Positions 48,125-57,908 of a stretch of 64,000 bases of DNA are shown in pieces (within the stretch, counting starts at the first letter, position 1; each line of letters opens with the position of its first letter). A program made the position numbers and the translations under genes. Source of the DNA: Polyangiaceae bacterium. GTDB lineage: Bacteria; Myxococcota_A; Polyangia; Polyangiales; Polyangiaceae. The notes under the pieces are model-generated. The model was not told the DNA's origin, ran no database searches, and worked only from the letters and a program-made list of their open reading frames with translations. The stretch is taken from NCBI GenBank assembly GCA_044222475.1, contig JBGANF010000001.1, positions 32,001 through 96,000 on the forward strand. The letters run 5' to 3'.

Positions 48125-49939
48125 TTGGTCTTTCGCCGTCCGCTCGTCGCCGTTTCCGCGCTCGGGGTAGGTTGCCTCGCGCTCGCCGCCTACGGGTGTG
48201 GCACCACGAACACGAGCTTCTTCACCGACGGGGGTGGCGGGGACGATGCTGGTAACGACGGCGTCGTCGACGACAGTCCGTTCCTCCCCCCTGTCGACTC
48301 GAGCTTCCCCGACGGCGGTGGCTGCGTCGCGAAGTGCTCGTCGGATCTCCACACCGTCCTCGACTGCAACGACAACCCGGTCACGACGTGCACCGGCCTC
48401 GACGGATGCGACCCGCAGACCGGGACGTGCGTCAACGCGTGCACCGCGGCGGTGAACAACAAGCAGTCGGTCGGCTGCGAGTACTACTCGACCTTCATGG
48501 ACATCAACGGCGGCGCGACGCGTTGCTTCGCGGCGTTCGTCGCGAACACGTGGAACTCGCCGGTGAAGATCAACGTCGAGTTCAACGGCGCCACGCTCCC
48601 GATCGCGAACTTCGCGCGCATCCCGCAGGGAACCGGCACCGCCATCACCTACACGGCGTACAACGCCCAGACCGGTCTCCCCCCGGGGCAGGTCGCGATC
48701 CTCTTCCTCGGCGGTCCCACCGGCAACGCGCCGGCCTGCCCGAGCAGCGCCGTCAGCGCCAGCGCGACCGGCTCGACCGCGATGCTGGCCGGCACCGGCA
48801 AGGGCAACTCGTTCCGCATCTCGACCGACGTTCCCGTCGTCGCGTACGAGATGAACCCGTACGGCGGCGGTAGCGTCGCCGTGACCGGTGCGTCGCTCCT
48901 CCTCCCCACGAGCGCGTGGGACACGAACTACATCGCCTCGACCGCGTCGCCGCAGACGGTGAGCCCGCCCTCGATCAACATCATCGCCTCGCAGGACAAC
49001 ACCCAGGTCACGCTGCTCCCGAAGGTCGCCGTGGTCGGCGGCGGCGGGATCCCGGGGGGCGCCGCGAACACGCAGATCAAGTTCACCCTCAACAAGGGCC
49101 AGCAGGCGCAGATCGAGCAACAGGCCGACTTGGTGGGTAGCGTCGTCCAGTCGAACGTGCCGGTCGGTCTCATGGCCGGCAACCCGTGCATGAACTCTCC
49201 CGCCGGCGTCATCTTCTGCGACCACGGCGAGCAGATGGTCCCGCCGGTGCGCGCGCTCGGCAACGAGTACGCCGCCGTCATGTACCGACCGCGTTCGAAC
49301 GAGCCGGCCATCTGGCGACTCATCGGCGCCGTCGATGGTACGACCCTCAGCTACTCGCCCAGCACGCCCACCGGCGCACCGACGACCCTCGCCCAAGGTC
49401 AGATGGTCGAGTTCGACACCGGCACGCCCTTCATCGTCAAGAGCCAGGACGACAAGCACCCGTTCCTGATGTTCGAGTACATGAGCGGCTCGAGCTGGAC
49501 GAAGCTCACCGACAAGAGCGGCCATGGCGATCCGGACTTCTCGGTCGTCGTTCCGCCGGCCCAGTACATGTCGAGCTACGTCTTCATGACGGACCCGACG
49601 TTCCCCGAGACGAACCTCGTCATCATCCGCAAGAAGGACGGCAAGGGGAACTTCCAAGACGTCGAGCTCGACTGCGCGGGCAAGCTCGCCGGGTGGACTG
49701 CGCTCGGCGCCGACTACGAGTGGACCCGCCGCGACCTCCAGACCGGCAACTTCCAGCCGGTGAACGGCTGCTCCAACGGTCGCCACGACATCAAGAGCGC
49801 GGCTCCGTTCGGCCTCGCCGTGTGGGGCTGGGGCACTCCGCTCACCAGCACGTTCACCGCGAACGTGTCCTACTCGTACCCGGGTGGGATGAACGTCCAG
49901 CCGATCAACAACGTCATCATCCCGCCGACGCCGAAATGA
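48125..49939 (+). CDS. IgGFc-binding-domain lipoprotein, copy 1
   Basis: Lipobox, SVGCEYY, ASLLLP..AW...Y, CDHGEQMVPP, SYSYPGG. Confidence 0.85.
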   Translation: MVFRRPLVAVSALGVGCLALAAYGCGTTNTSFFTDGGGGDDAGNDGVVDDSPFLPPVDSSFPDGGGCVAKCSSDLHTVLDCNDNPVTTCTGLDGCDPQTGTCVNACTAAVNNKQSVGCEYYSTFMDINGGATRCFAAFVANTWNSPVKINVEFNGATLPIANFARIPQGTGTAITYTAYNAQTGLPPGQVAILFLGGPTGNAPACPSSAVSASATGSTAMLAGTGKGNSFRISTDVPVVAYEMNPYGGGSVAVTGASLLLPTSAWDTNYIASTASPQTVSPPSINIIASQDNTQVTLLPKVAVVGGGGIPGGAANTQIKFTLNKGQQAQIEQQADLVGSVVQSNVPVGLMAGNPCMNSPAGVIFCDHGEQMVPPVRALGNEYAAVMYRPRSNEPAIWRLIGAVDGTTLSYSPSTPTGAPTTLAQGQMVEFDTGTPFIVKSQDDKHPFLMFEYMSGSSWTKLTDKSGHGDPDFSVVVPPAQYMSSYVFMTDPTFPETNLVIIRKKDGKGNFQDVELDCAGKLAGWTALGADYEWTRRDLQTGNFQPVNGCSNGRHDIKSAAPFGLAVWGWGTPLTSTFTANVSYSYPGGMNVQPINNVIIPPTPK

Positions 49940-51720
49940 GGGCGCGTCTCCCGGCCCTCCTCGCCCTCGCGGTCCTCCCGCTCGCGGGGTTCGTCGGCTA
50001 CGGCTGCGGCACGCAGCCGGTGAGCTTCTTCACCGACGGCGGCGCGGACGGAAACCCGGACGACGCCCAAGTCGTCGACGACAGCCCGTTCCTCCCCCTC
50101 GACGACGGCGGCAGCGAGGCCTCGACGTGCGGCAGCAAGTGCTCGTCGGACCTGCACACCGTCCTCGACTGCAACGACAACCCGGTCACGACGTGCACCG
50201 GCACCGACGGGTGCGATCCCAAATCGGGGACGTGCATCAACGCGTGCGCCGCGGCGACGGCCAACAAGCAATCGGTCGGCTGCGACTACTACGCGACGTT
50301 CATGGAGATCTACGGCGGCGCGAGCCGATGCTTCGTGGCGTTCGTCGCGAACACCTGGAACTCGCCCGCCAAGATCAACGTCGAGCTCAACGGCGCGACG
50401 CTCCCGATCGCCAACTTCGCCCGCATCCCACAAGGGTCGGGCTCGGCGATCACGTACGCCGCGTACAACGCGCAGACCGGACTCCCCCCGGGCGAGGTCG
50501 CGATCCTCTTCCTCGGCGGCTCGACCGGGCCCTCTCCGGCCTGCCCGATCGCCAGCGCGACCGGCGCGACCGCGATGCTGGCGGGTACCGGAAAGGGAAA
50601 CTCGTTCCGCGTCACGACCGACGTGCCGGTCGTCGCGTACGAGATGAACCCGTACGGCGGTGGCAACGCCGCCGTGACCGGTGCGTCGCTCCTCTTGCCG
50701 GTGAGCGCGTGGGACACGAACTACATCGCATCGACCGCATCGCCCCAGACTGCTGCTCCGCCGTCGATCAACATCATCGCCGCCGAGGACAACACGCAGA
50801 TCACGCTGCTTCCGAAGGTCGCCGTCACCGGCGGCGGCGGAATCCCCGGGGGCGCGGCCAACACCCAGATCAAGTTCAGCCTCAACAAGGGGCAGCAAGC
50901 GCAGATCGTCCAGCAAGCGGATCTCGTCGGCAGCGTCGTCCAGTCGTCGGCCCCGATCGGCCTGATGGCCGGCAACCCCTGCATGAACATGCCGCAGGGC
51001 GTGACCTACTGCGATCACGGCGAGCAGATGGTGCCTCCGGTTCGTGCGCTCGGAAGCGAGTACGTGTCGGTGATGTACCGCCAGCGCGGCGGTGAGCCGG
51101 CGATCTGGCGCCTCGTCGGCGCCGTCGACGGGACGACGCTCTCGTACACGCCGAGCACGCCGGTCGGCGCGCCCTTGACGATCAACCAGGGCCAGATGGT
51201 CGAGTTCGACACGGCGACCCCGTTCGTCGTGAAGAGCCAGGACGACAAGCATCCGTTCCTCATGTTCGAGTACATGGCCGGCGCGAGCTACTCGAAGCTG
51301 TCGGCGCAGGGCACCGGCGATCCCGACTTCGCGGTCGTCGTGCCACCGCAGCAGTACATGTCGAGCTACGTCTTCATGACCGATCCGACGATGCCGGAGA
51401 CGAACCTCGTCATCGTCCGCAAGAAGGACGGCAAGGGCAACTTCCAGGACGTCACCCTCGACTGCGGTGGCAAGCTCACCGGATGGGCACCGGTCGGCGA
51501 CTACGAGTGGACGCGGCGCGACCTCTCGACCGGGAACTTCCAGTCGGTGAACGGCTGCTCGAACGGTCGCCACGACATCAAGAGCGCCGCGCCGTTCGGG
51601 CTCTGGATCTGGGGCTGGGGAACGCCGGCCACCGGCACCGGCTACGTGTCGTACGCGTACCCCGGTGGGATGAACGTCCAGCCGATCAACAACGTCATCA
51701 TTCCGCCGACGCCCAAGTGA
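49936..51720 (+). CDS. IgGFc-binding-domain lipoprotein, copy 2 (tandem paralogue)
   Basis: ATGA overlap with copy 1; collinear and highly similar throughout. Confidence 0.85.
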   Translation: MRARLPALLALAVLPLAGFVGYGCGTQPVSFFTDGGADGNPDDAQVVDDSPFLPLDDGGSEASTCGSKCSSDLHTVLDCNDNPVTTCTGTDGCDPKSGTCINACAAATANKQSVGCDYYATFMEIYGGASRCFVAFVANTWNSPAKINVELNGATLPIANFARIPQGSGSAITYAAYNAQTGLPPGEVAILFLGGSTGPSPACPIASATGATAMLAGTGKGNSFRVTTDVPVVAYEMNPYGGGNAAVTGASLLLPVSAWDTNYIASTASPQTAAPPSINIIAAEDNTQITLLPKVAVTGGGGIPGGAANTQIKFSLNKGQQAQIVQQADLVGSVVQSSAPIGLMAGNPCMNMPQGVTYCDHGEQMVPPVRALGSEYVSVMYRQRGGEPAIWRLVGAVDGTTLSYTPSTPVGAPLTINQGQMVEFDTATPFVVKSQDDKHPFLMFEYMAGASYSKLSAQGTGDPDFAVVVPPQQYMSSYVFMTDPTMPETNLVIVRKKDGKGNFQDVTLDCGGKLTGWAPVGDYEWTRRDLSTGNFQSVNGCSNGRHDIKSAAPFGLWIWGWGTPATGTGYVSYAYPGGMNVQPINNVIIPPTPK

Positions 51721-51727
51721 CGCGCAA

Positions 51728-53668
51728 GTGAACCGAATCGCCGCGCTCGCCCTCGCGAGCGCCCTCCTGCCTGCGTGCGCGTCGGAGCCCGTGGCGGCGC
51801 CGGTGCCGCTCGTCGTCCCCGAGGGCTGCCAGCCGCTCACCGCTGGGACGTCGTGCACGCTCCCCTACCCCTCGGACTTCTTCCTCGAGACGGACGGGGC
51901 GCTGCCGAGCGGACATCGCATCGTGCTTCACGGAGCCGCGAAGCCGCGCACGTTGAGCGACCTCGACGCCGACGTGACCGGGCCGTTCGCCCCCGACGGT
52001 GCGTCGCTGCAACCGACCCTCGCGGCCGTCCTCCCGGGGACGCCGACCGCCAAGGGCCTCCCGAACATCCTCGACGATGCGACCGTGAGCACGAACCTCG
52101 CGTCGAGCCCGACCCTGCTCCTCAAAGGCGATGGAACGCCGATCGCGCACTACGTCGACGTCGACCCGAAGCCGGGCGACGAAGGGCGAATCGCCATCAC
52201 CCTGCGTCCGTTCGCGCCGCTCGATCCGAAGACGCACTACGTCGCGGTGCTGCGCGGCGTGCGGATCGATGGCGATGGATCGTTGGCCCCGCCGGCCGAA
52301 GGTTTCCGGCGCTTGCGCGACCGGCAGCTCGATCTCGACCCGTCGCTGCGGGCGCTCGCGCCGCGGTTCGAGCGCGACGTGTTCGGGCCGCTCGCGAAAG
52401 CCGGCGTCGGCCGTGAGCCGCTGCAGCTCGCGTGGGACTTCACGACCGGCAGCCGCGAGCGGCCGACGGCCGACATGCTGCGCGTGCGCGAGCTCACCCT
52501 CGCGTGGCTCTCGAGCCACGTGCCGAAGGTCACGGTGACCGGCAGCGATCCGCCGACGAGCGACGTCGCGCGGATCGTGCGCGGCACGATCGAGGGTCCC
52601 CGCTGGGTCGATCGCGACGGCGTCGGTGCGATGCTTCACCGCGACGGGAGCGGCGCGGTCGCCGAGAACGGCACGACGACCTGGGACTTCGTCGCGGTGG
52701 TGCCGACGGGGGTGCTCGCCGCGAGCACGCCGGGTCGAGCGCTCGCGTTCGGTCACGGGTTCTTCGGCTCGCGGGACGAGCTCGTGTCGACGACCGGGCA
52801 GAAGATCGTGAGCCGTCTCGGCGCGGTCGCGATCGGCATCGACTGGTGGGGCATGAGCAAGCCCGACCTCGACGCGGTGATCGCGAGCGTGACCGACACG
52901 CCGGCGCGCACGGCGGACTTCGTGGAGCGCGTACACCAAGCGATGTCGAACTGGATGGTCACCACCGCCGCGCTGCGCGGCCCGATGACGTCGCTCGCCG
53001 AAATGAAGGGCCCGACGGATGCCTTGCTGTACGACCCGGCGCACGTCTACTACTTCGGCGCGAGCCAGGCGCACATCCTCGGCGGCGTGATGTGCGCGCT
53101 GAATCCCGACGTGGAGCGCGCCGTGCTCGACGTCGGCGGCGCTGCGTTCACGCACATCATGCCGCGATCGAACGCGTTCGCGGCGTTCCAGTTCATCCTC
53201 GGCTCGACCGTCAACGATCAGCTGACGCTGCAGACGGTGCTTCCGATGCTCGCCGCCGGGCTCGATCGGATCGATCCGGCGAGCTACGCGTCGTGGCTCA
53301 TCGGGAGCAAGTTGCCGCAGAACCCGGATCGGCGAGTGCTCTTGCAAGTCGGCATCGGCGACTCGTCGGTGCCGACGATCGCCGGGTTCTTCCACGCGCG
53401 CGCGCTGGGTCTGTCGCAGACGTCGCCGCCCGCGGTGCCGGTCCTCGGAGTGCCCGCGGCCGACGCGAGCGGGCTGACGTCGGCGATCACGGTGTACGAC
53501 TTCGGGATCCCGCTCGAGGTCTACCGCTCCCCGGTCTCCAAGCCGGACAACGAAGTGCACAACGGGTTGCGCGTCGAGGAGACCGCGCTGGCGCAGATGG
53601 ATGCGTTCCTGAAACCCGACGGCGTCGTGATTCACCCGTGCAACGGGGTCTGTCGCCTGCGACCCTAG
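51728..53668 (+). CDS. Lipoprotein with Ig-like N-terminus and alpha/beta-hydrolase-like domain
   Basis: Lipobox LPAC, LPYPSD, FGHGFFG, YFGASQAHILG, GDSSVP, VH. Confidence 0.75.
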   Translation: MNRIAALALASALLPACASEPVAAPVPLVVPEGCQPLTAGTSCTLPYPSDFFLETDGALPSGHRIVLHGAAKPRTLSDLDADVTGPFAPDGASLQPTLAAVLPGTPTAKGLPNILDDATVSTNLASSPTLLLKGDGTPIAHYVDVDPKPGDEGRIAITLRPFAPLDPKTHYVAVLRGVRIDGDGSLAPPAEGFRRLRDRQLDLDPSLRALAPRFERDVFGPLAKAGVGREPLQLAWDFTTGSRERPTADMLRVRELTLAWLSSHVPKVTVTGSDPPTSDVARIVRGTIEGPRWVDRDGVGAMLHRDGSGAVAENGTTTWDFVAVVPTGVLAASTPGRALAFGHGFFGSRDELVSTTGQKIVSRLGAVAIGIDWWGMSKPDLDAVIASVTDTPARTADFVERVHQAMSNWMVTTAALRGPMTSLAEMKGPTDALLYDPAHVYYFGASQAHILGGVMCALNPDVERAVLDVGGAAFTHIMPRSNAFAAFQFILGSTVNDQLTLQTVLPMLAAGLDRIDPASYASWLIGSKLPQNPDRRVLLQVGIGDSSVPTIAGFFHARALGLSQTSPPAVPVLGVPAADASGLTSAITVYDFGIPLEVYRSPVSKPDNEVHNGLRVEETALAQMDAFLKPDGVVIHPCNGVCRLRP

Positions 53669-53669
53669 G

Positions 53670-54110
53670 TCACCGATCCGAGGATTGAACAGGAAGGGCG
53701 GAAGCGCGGAAGGATTTGGGGTGGTAGGGAGTCAGCCGGCGTAAGCCGTTCCGTAGCATCCCGGAGTTGAAATTCACGAGCAAGCCCACCGAGAGACCCG
53801 AGAGTCGTAGATAGGTGATGACCTGTGCCTCGTGGACGGCGAGAAGGCGCTCGACCGTCTTGAGCTCGACAAGGATGGTCTCCTCGACGACGAGGTCGAT
53901 TCGGTATCCGCAGTCGACGCGCACGCCCTTGTAGTTGATCGCGAGCGATCGCTGACGCTCGAACCGGATCTTGCGCAACGTCAGCTCCGCACCGAGACAG
54001 GCTTCGTACGCCGACTCCAACAATCCCGGACCAAGACACCGATGAACCTCGATCATCGCGGCGATGACGGAATCCGTCCCATCCGTGAATCTGCGAGCCT
54101 CCTGTTCCAT
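53670..54110 (-). CDS. GxxExxY protein (PD-(D/E)XK nuclease family)
   Basis: VHRCLGPGLLESAY, RIDLVVEETILVELK, AQVITYL, GLLVNF. Confidence 0.92.
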   Translation of the reverse strand: MEQEARRFTDGTDSVIAAMIEVHRCLGPGLLESAYEACLGAELTLRKIRFERQRSLAINYKGVRVDCGYRIDLVVEETILVELKTVERLLAVHEAQVITYLRLSGLSVGLLVNFNSGMLRNGLRRLTPYHPKSFRASALPVQSSDR

Positions 54111-54207
54111 CACTAGCAATCGGCCCCCGACAAGCCGAAGTTGCTAGCAGAAACCCCCACCCCAAAATCCTTCCGCGCTTCCGCCCTTCCTGTTCAAATC
54201 TCTCGGA
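53677..54207. mobile_element. Putative GxxExxY element bounded by ~50 bp terminal inverted repeats
   Basis: 53677-53724 and 54157-54207 are reverse complements apart from small indels. Confidence 0.65.
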
Positions 54208-54225
54208 GGTCGCCGTCGACGAGAC

Positions 54226-55488
54226 TCAGCTACCGAGGCGGCTTTTGATCCAGTCTTCGTCGGTCCCTCGCGCGATCACGTGCTCGATCGCGCCATTGCG
54301 GAGGAACACTTCGGCTGGGAGCGCTCTTCCGTTGTAGCGGCTCGCCATCGTGTAGCCGTACGCGCCCGCATCGAGGAGCGCCACCGCCTCGATGTCGCCC
54401 ACCGGCAGCTCGTGATCCCCGAAGTCATCGCTGCTCTCGCAGACGGGACCTACGACGCGATAGGACGTTCGCGGCCCGCCCGCATCCGCCAGCGCGACGA
54501 CGCGGTGCTTCGCTTGGTAGAGCGCCGGGCGAATCAAGTCGTTCATCCCCGCATCCACGATGAGCCACTGGCGAACCCCGCCGCGCGGCACCTTCGTCTG
54601 GACCGTGCGCGCGAGCAGCACCGCGTGCGTGGCGACCAGCGCCCGCCCTGGCTCGACGTGCAGCGCGACGCCGTCGAGACCGCGGTCCCGCGCGAGCGAG
54701 CGCGTCGCCGCGACGAAATCGGCGGGCCGTACCGCGCAGCCCGCGCCGTAGTCGACGCCAAAACCGCCACCCGTGTCGAGGAACGACCACGTGTATTTTG
54801 CACGCAATTCGAGCGCGACGTCGAAGAGCCGCGCCGCCGACGTCAGGTACTCGTCCGTCCGGGTGAACTGAGACCCCACGTGCGCCGACAGCCCGACGAG
54901 CTCGAGCGCGTCCTTCGCGGCATCGACGACAGCGAGCGCATCAGCCAGGTCGGCGCGGGCGACCCCGAACTTGGCCTCGTCGTGGCCGGTCGCGATGTGA
55001 GCGTGCGTCGCGATCTCGTCCGGGTCGATCTCGGGGTTCACCCGGATCGACACCTTGGCCCGCCGCTTCTGCCCGCGAGCGCGCGCCGCGACCCGCGAGA
55101 GCTCCTCGACGCTCTCGATCTGAATCGCGGCGATGGACTCGCTCACGGCCAGGTCGATCTCGTCGTCCCGCTTTCCCACGCCGCTGAAGACGATCGCGCT
55201 CGGCGCGATCCCGCAGCGACGGGCCAGCGCCAGCTCCGGACCGCTGACCACGTCGGCGCCGCAACCCTCGGCGGCGAGCGCGCGAACGATGGGGCCAGCG
55301 CTGTTCGCCTTCACCGCATACGCGACGAGGTGCGGCGCGCCCTCGAACGCGGCTTGCAGCGCTCGCGCCTCGGCCGTGATCGCATCGAGGTCGTACACGT
55401 ACGTCGGCGTCCCATGAGGCCCCAGGATCGACTCGAGGGCGACTCCACCCAGCAACAAACGTCCGCGCGCATCCCGTGACGTGGCCAC
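54226..55488 (-). CDS. lysA: Diaminopimelate decarboxylase
   Basis: YAVKAN, KFG, HVGSQ, GGGFG, EPGR, GPVCESSD, GAYG..MAS.YN. Confidence 0.95.
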   Translation of the reverse strand: MATSRDARGRLLLGGVALESILGPHGTPTYVYDLDAITAEARALQAAFEGAPHLVAYAVKANSAGPIVRALAAEGCGADVVSGPELALARRCGIAPSAIVFSGVGKRDDEIDLAVSESIAAIQIESVEELSRVAARARGQKRRAKVSIRVNPEIDPDEIATHAHIATGHDEAKFGVARADLADALAVVDAAKDALELVGLSAHVGSQFTRTDEYLTSAARLFDVALELRAKYTWSFLDTGGGFGVDYGAGCAVRPADFVAATRSLARDRGLDGVALHVEPGRALVATHAVLLARTVQTKVPRGGVRQWLIVDAGMNDLIRPALYQAKHRVVALADAGGPRTSYRVVGPVCESSDDFGDHELPVGDIEAVALLDAGAYGYTMASRYNGRALPAEVFLRNGAIEHVIARGTDEDWIKSRLGS

Positions 55489-55586
55489 GGCGCGAACTCT
55501 ACTGCGCAGCCGCGCTGCCTGCTCTTTTTTCCGATGGCTTCACGACGCGCCCAAAAGCGCTCGGCCACGCGCTATCCTGCCCTCCC

Positions 55587-56999
55587 GTGACGCCGCGTCG
55601 CACCAAGCTCGTCTGTACCCTCGGTCCCGCGTGTGACTCCGAGGAAGGCCTCGCGCGGCTGGTCGACGTCGGCATGGACGTCGCTCGCTTCAACTTCTCG
55701 CACGGCACGCACGAAGAGCACGCCGCCCGATTCCAGCGCCTGCGCAAGGTGTCCGAGGCGAAGAAGCGCAGCGTCGCAGCGCTGCAGGACCTGTGCGGCC
55801 CCAAGATCCGCACCGGCACCGTCAAGGCGACCTACGATCTTCCGACCGGCACCGACGTCACCCTCGTCGAAGGCAAAGAGAACCCCGACGAGCACACCAT
55901 CGCGATCCAGTACGAAGGCCTGGCCGAAGACGTCCGCGTGGGCGACAAGATCCTCTTCGACGACGGACGCCTCGCGCTCGCCGTCACCGCGGTCGAGAAC
56001 GGCAAGGTTCGCTGCACGATGGAGCAAGGCGGAGGGATGCGCAGCCGCATCGGCGTCCACCTGCCCAGCCGCACCATGCGCGGCGGCGCCCTCACCGAGA
56101 AGGACAAGGCCGACCTTCTGTTCGGCCTCTCGCTCGGCGTGGACTACATCGCCCTGTCGTTCGTGCGCCGCGCGGACGACCTCCGCCTCGTGCGCGACAT
56201 CGTCCAGGCGTGGGGCGCCGACACGCCCATCATCGCCAAGGTGGAGACGCCCGACGCGGTCGACAACCTCGAGGCCGTCATCGCCGCGAGCGACGGCGCG
56301 ATGGTCGCGCGCGGAGACCTCGGCGTGGAGTTCCCACCCGAGCGCGTCCCGATCATCCAACGCCACATGCTCGCGGTCGCGCGTCGCGTGCGCCGCCCGG
56401 TCATCGTCGCGACCGAGATGCTCCAGTCGATGACGAAGAACCCGCGCCCGTCGCGCGCCGAGGCGAGCGACGTCGCGAACGCCGTCTACTCCGGCACCGA
56501 CGCCGTCATGCTCTCCGGCGAGACCGCCAACGGCGACTACCCGTTCGAGAGCGCCAGCATGATGAGCCGCATCTGCGTCGAGGCGGAGAAGAGCCCGTTC
56601 TTCGACCAGGCGCCCCCCTACGCGAGCCGCGCCACGAGCATCGGCGAGGCCATCGCCCGCGGCGCCTGCAACACCGCCCGCGAGATCGGCGCCCGCTACA
56701 TCGTCGCCTTCACCGAGAGCGGCAAGAGCGCGATGACGGTGAGCCTGGCGCGCCCACACGTCCCGGTCGTCGCGTTCTCGCCGAACGCCAAGTCGCGCCG
56801 CCGCATGGCGCTCTTCTGGGGCGTGATTCCCCGCGAGATGCCCCCGATCCACGACCAAGACGCCCTCGTCGACTGGTGCACCGCCGACCTCATGGCCTCC
56901 GGCCTCGCCTCCCCCGGCGAGCGCGTCGTCATCGTGTACGGCGCGCCCATCGGCGTGAGCGGCAGCACGAACGCGATTCGAGTCCACGTGATCGGGTGA
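55587..56999 (+). CDS. pyk: Pyruvate kinase
   Basis: RTKLVCTLGP, RFNFSHG, MVARGDLGVE, DAVMLSGET. Confidence 0.97.
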   Translation: MTPRRTKLVCTLGPACDSEEGLARLVDVGMDVARFNFSHGTHEEHAARFQRLRKVSEAKKRSVAALQDLCGPKIRTGTVKATYDLPTGTDVTLVEGKENPDEHTIAIQYEGLAEDVRVGDKILFDDGRLALAVTAVENGKVRCTMEQGGGMRSRIGVHLPSRTMRGGALTEKDKADLLFGLSLGVDYIALSFVRRADDLRLVRDIVQAWGADTPIIAKVETPDAVDNLEAVIAASDGAMVARGDLGVEFPPERVPIIQRHMLAVARRVRRPVIVATEMLQSMTKNPRPSRAEASDVANAVYSGTDAVMLSGETANGDYPFESASMMSRICVEAEKSPFFDQAPPYASRATSIGEAIARGACNTAREIGARYIVAFTESGKSAMTVSLARPHVPVVAFSPNAKSRRRMALFWGVIPREMPPIHDQDALVDWCTADLMASGLASPGERVVIVYGAPIGVSGSTNAIRVHVIG

Positions 57000-57003
57000 G
57001 GCG

Positions 57004-57204
57004 TTGGCTCGCTTGCTCTTCGCCGTGACGCTCGCCGTCGCGCTCGGCTGCGGTGGAGACGGCGATGCCGCCGGCGCGCGGCTCGGTTGCGAGCGGGGTT
57101 GTGCTCAGCGAAAGAGCCAGTGCGTCGTCGCCGCCACGAACGCGGCCGAGCTCGAGCTGTGCGATCGGAGGCACCAGCGCTGCACGAGCGAGTGCTCGCC
57201 GTGA
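57004..57204 (+). CDS. Small Cys-rich lipoprotein
   Basis: Lipobox ALGC, six further Cys; stop overlaps next GTG. Confidence 0.55.
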   Translation: MARLLFAVTLAVALGCGGDGDAAGARLGCERGCAQRKSQCVVAATNAAELELCDRRHQRCTSECSP

Positions 57205-57839
57205 AGCGCGTCCTCGCCGTCTCCGCGGTGGCTCTCTGCATCGGCTGCGCACCGAAGGAGTTCCGCCCGCCCCGCGGCGACCAACCGCACGCCGTGGTCA
57301 AGCTTCGGCGAACCTACGTCACCGGCGGCGGCTCGAACCTCCACGAGAACGCATCCATCCTCACCGACGACGAGACCACGTCGGGCCGCGTGTTCGGGTC
57401 TACCGTCGATTCGTCGCTCGCCGGCGCGCCCCGCGTCGACGGCGTCCTCGTCTGGCCGATGCCGCTCCAGCTCACGCTCGACAGCGATTTCTTTCACTAC
57501 GAGCAGCGGCAGGTGCAGGAGACGTATCAGGTCCAGGTCCCGTACTCCGCGACCGAGACGTACGACTGCTCGTCCGGCTACGGCGCGACCCGCACCTACC
57601 AGACTTGCACCCGCCAGACGACGCAGTACCGCTCCGAGAGCCGCACGCGCAGCGTGACGCGCACGGTGGAGATCAGCGACGGCGCGTGCACCGCGAAGAC
57701 GATCCTCATCCCGGCGCAGGGCCACGTGTACCTTGTAGACTACACGTATCACGCGCGCGGGGCGTGCGAGATGACCTGCGTCGAGCAGGTGGCGCTGCCC
57801 GGTGAAGGGCAGTTCCGAACGCTTCCGTGCCCGCGGTAG
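57201..57839 (+). CDS. Hypothetical lipoprotein
   Basis: Lipobox CIGC; Thr/Tyr-rich beta hairpin with paired Cys. Confidence 0.7.
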   Translation: MKRVLAVSAVALCIGCAPKEFRPPRGDQPHAVVKLRRTYVTGGGSNLHENASILTDDETTSGRVFGSTVDSSLAGAPRVDGVLVWPMPLQLTLDSDFFHYEQRQVQETYQVQVPYSATETYDCSSGYGATRTYQTCTRQTTQYRSESRTRSVTRTVEISDGACTAKTILIPAQGHVYLVDYTYHARGACEMTCVEQVALPGEGQFRTLPCPR

Positions 57840-57908
57840 CACTCGGCCCGAAGCGGATGAGCCCACGGGCTCATCCATCTCGGTTGAGCGCCCCGCTGTG
57901 CCCTCGGA

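Noticed and set aside
48125..51720. Assembly duplication or DGR template/variable repeat
   Set aside because: The copies differ at many synonymous sites along their whole length, changes are not adenine-specific, and no reverse transcriptase is present
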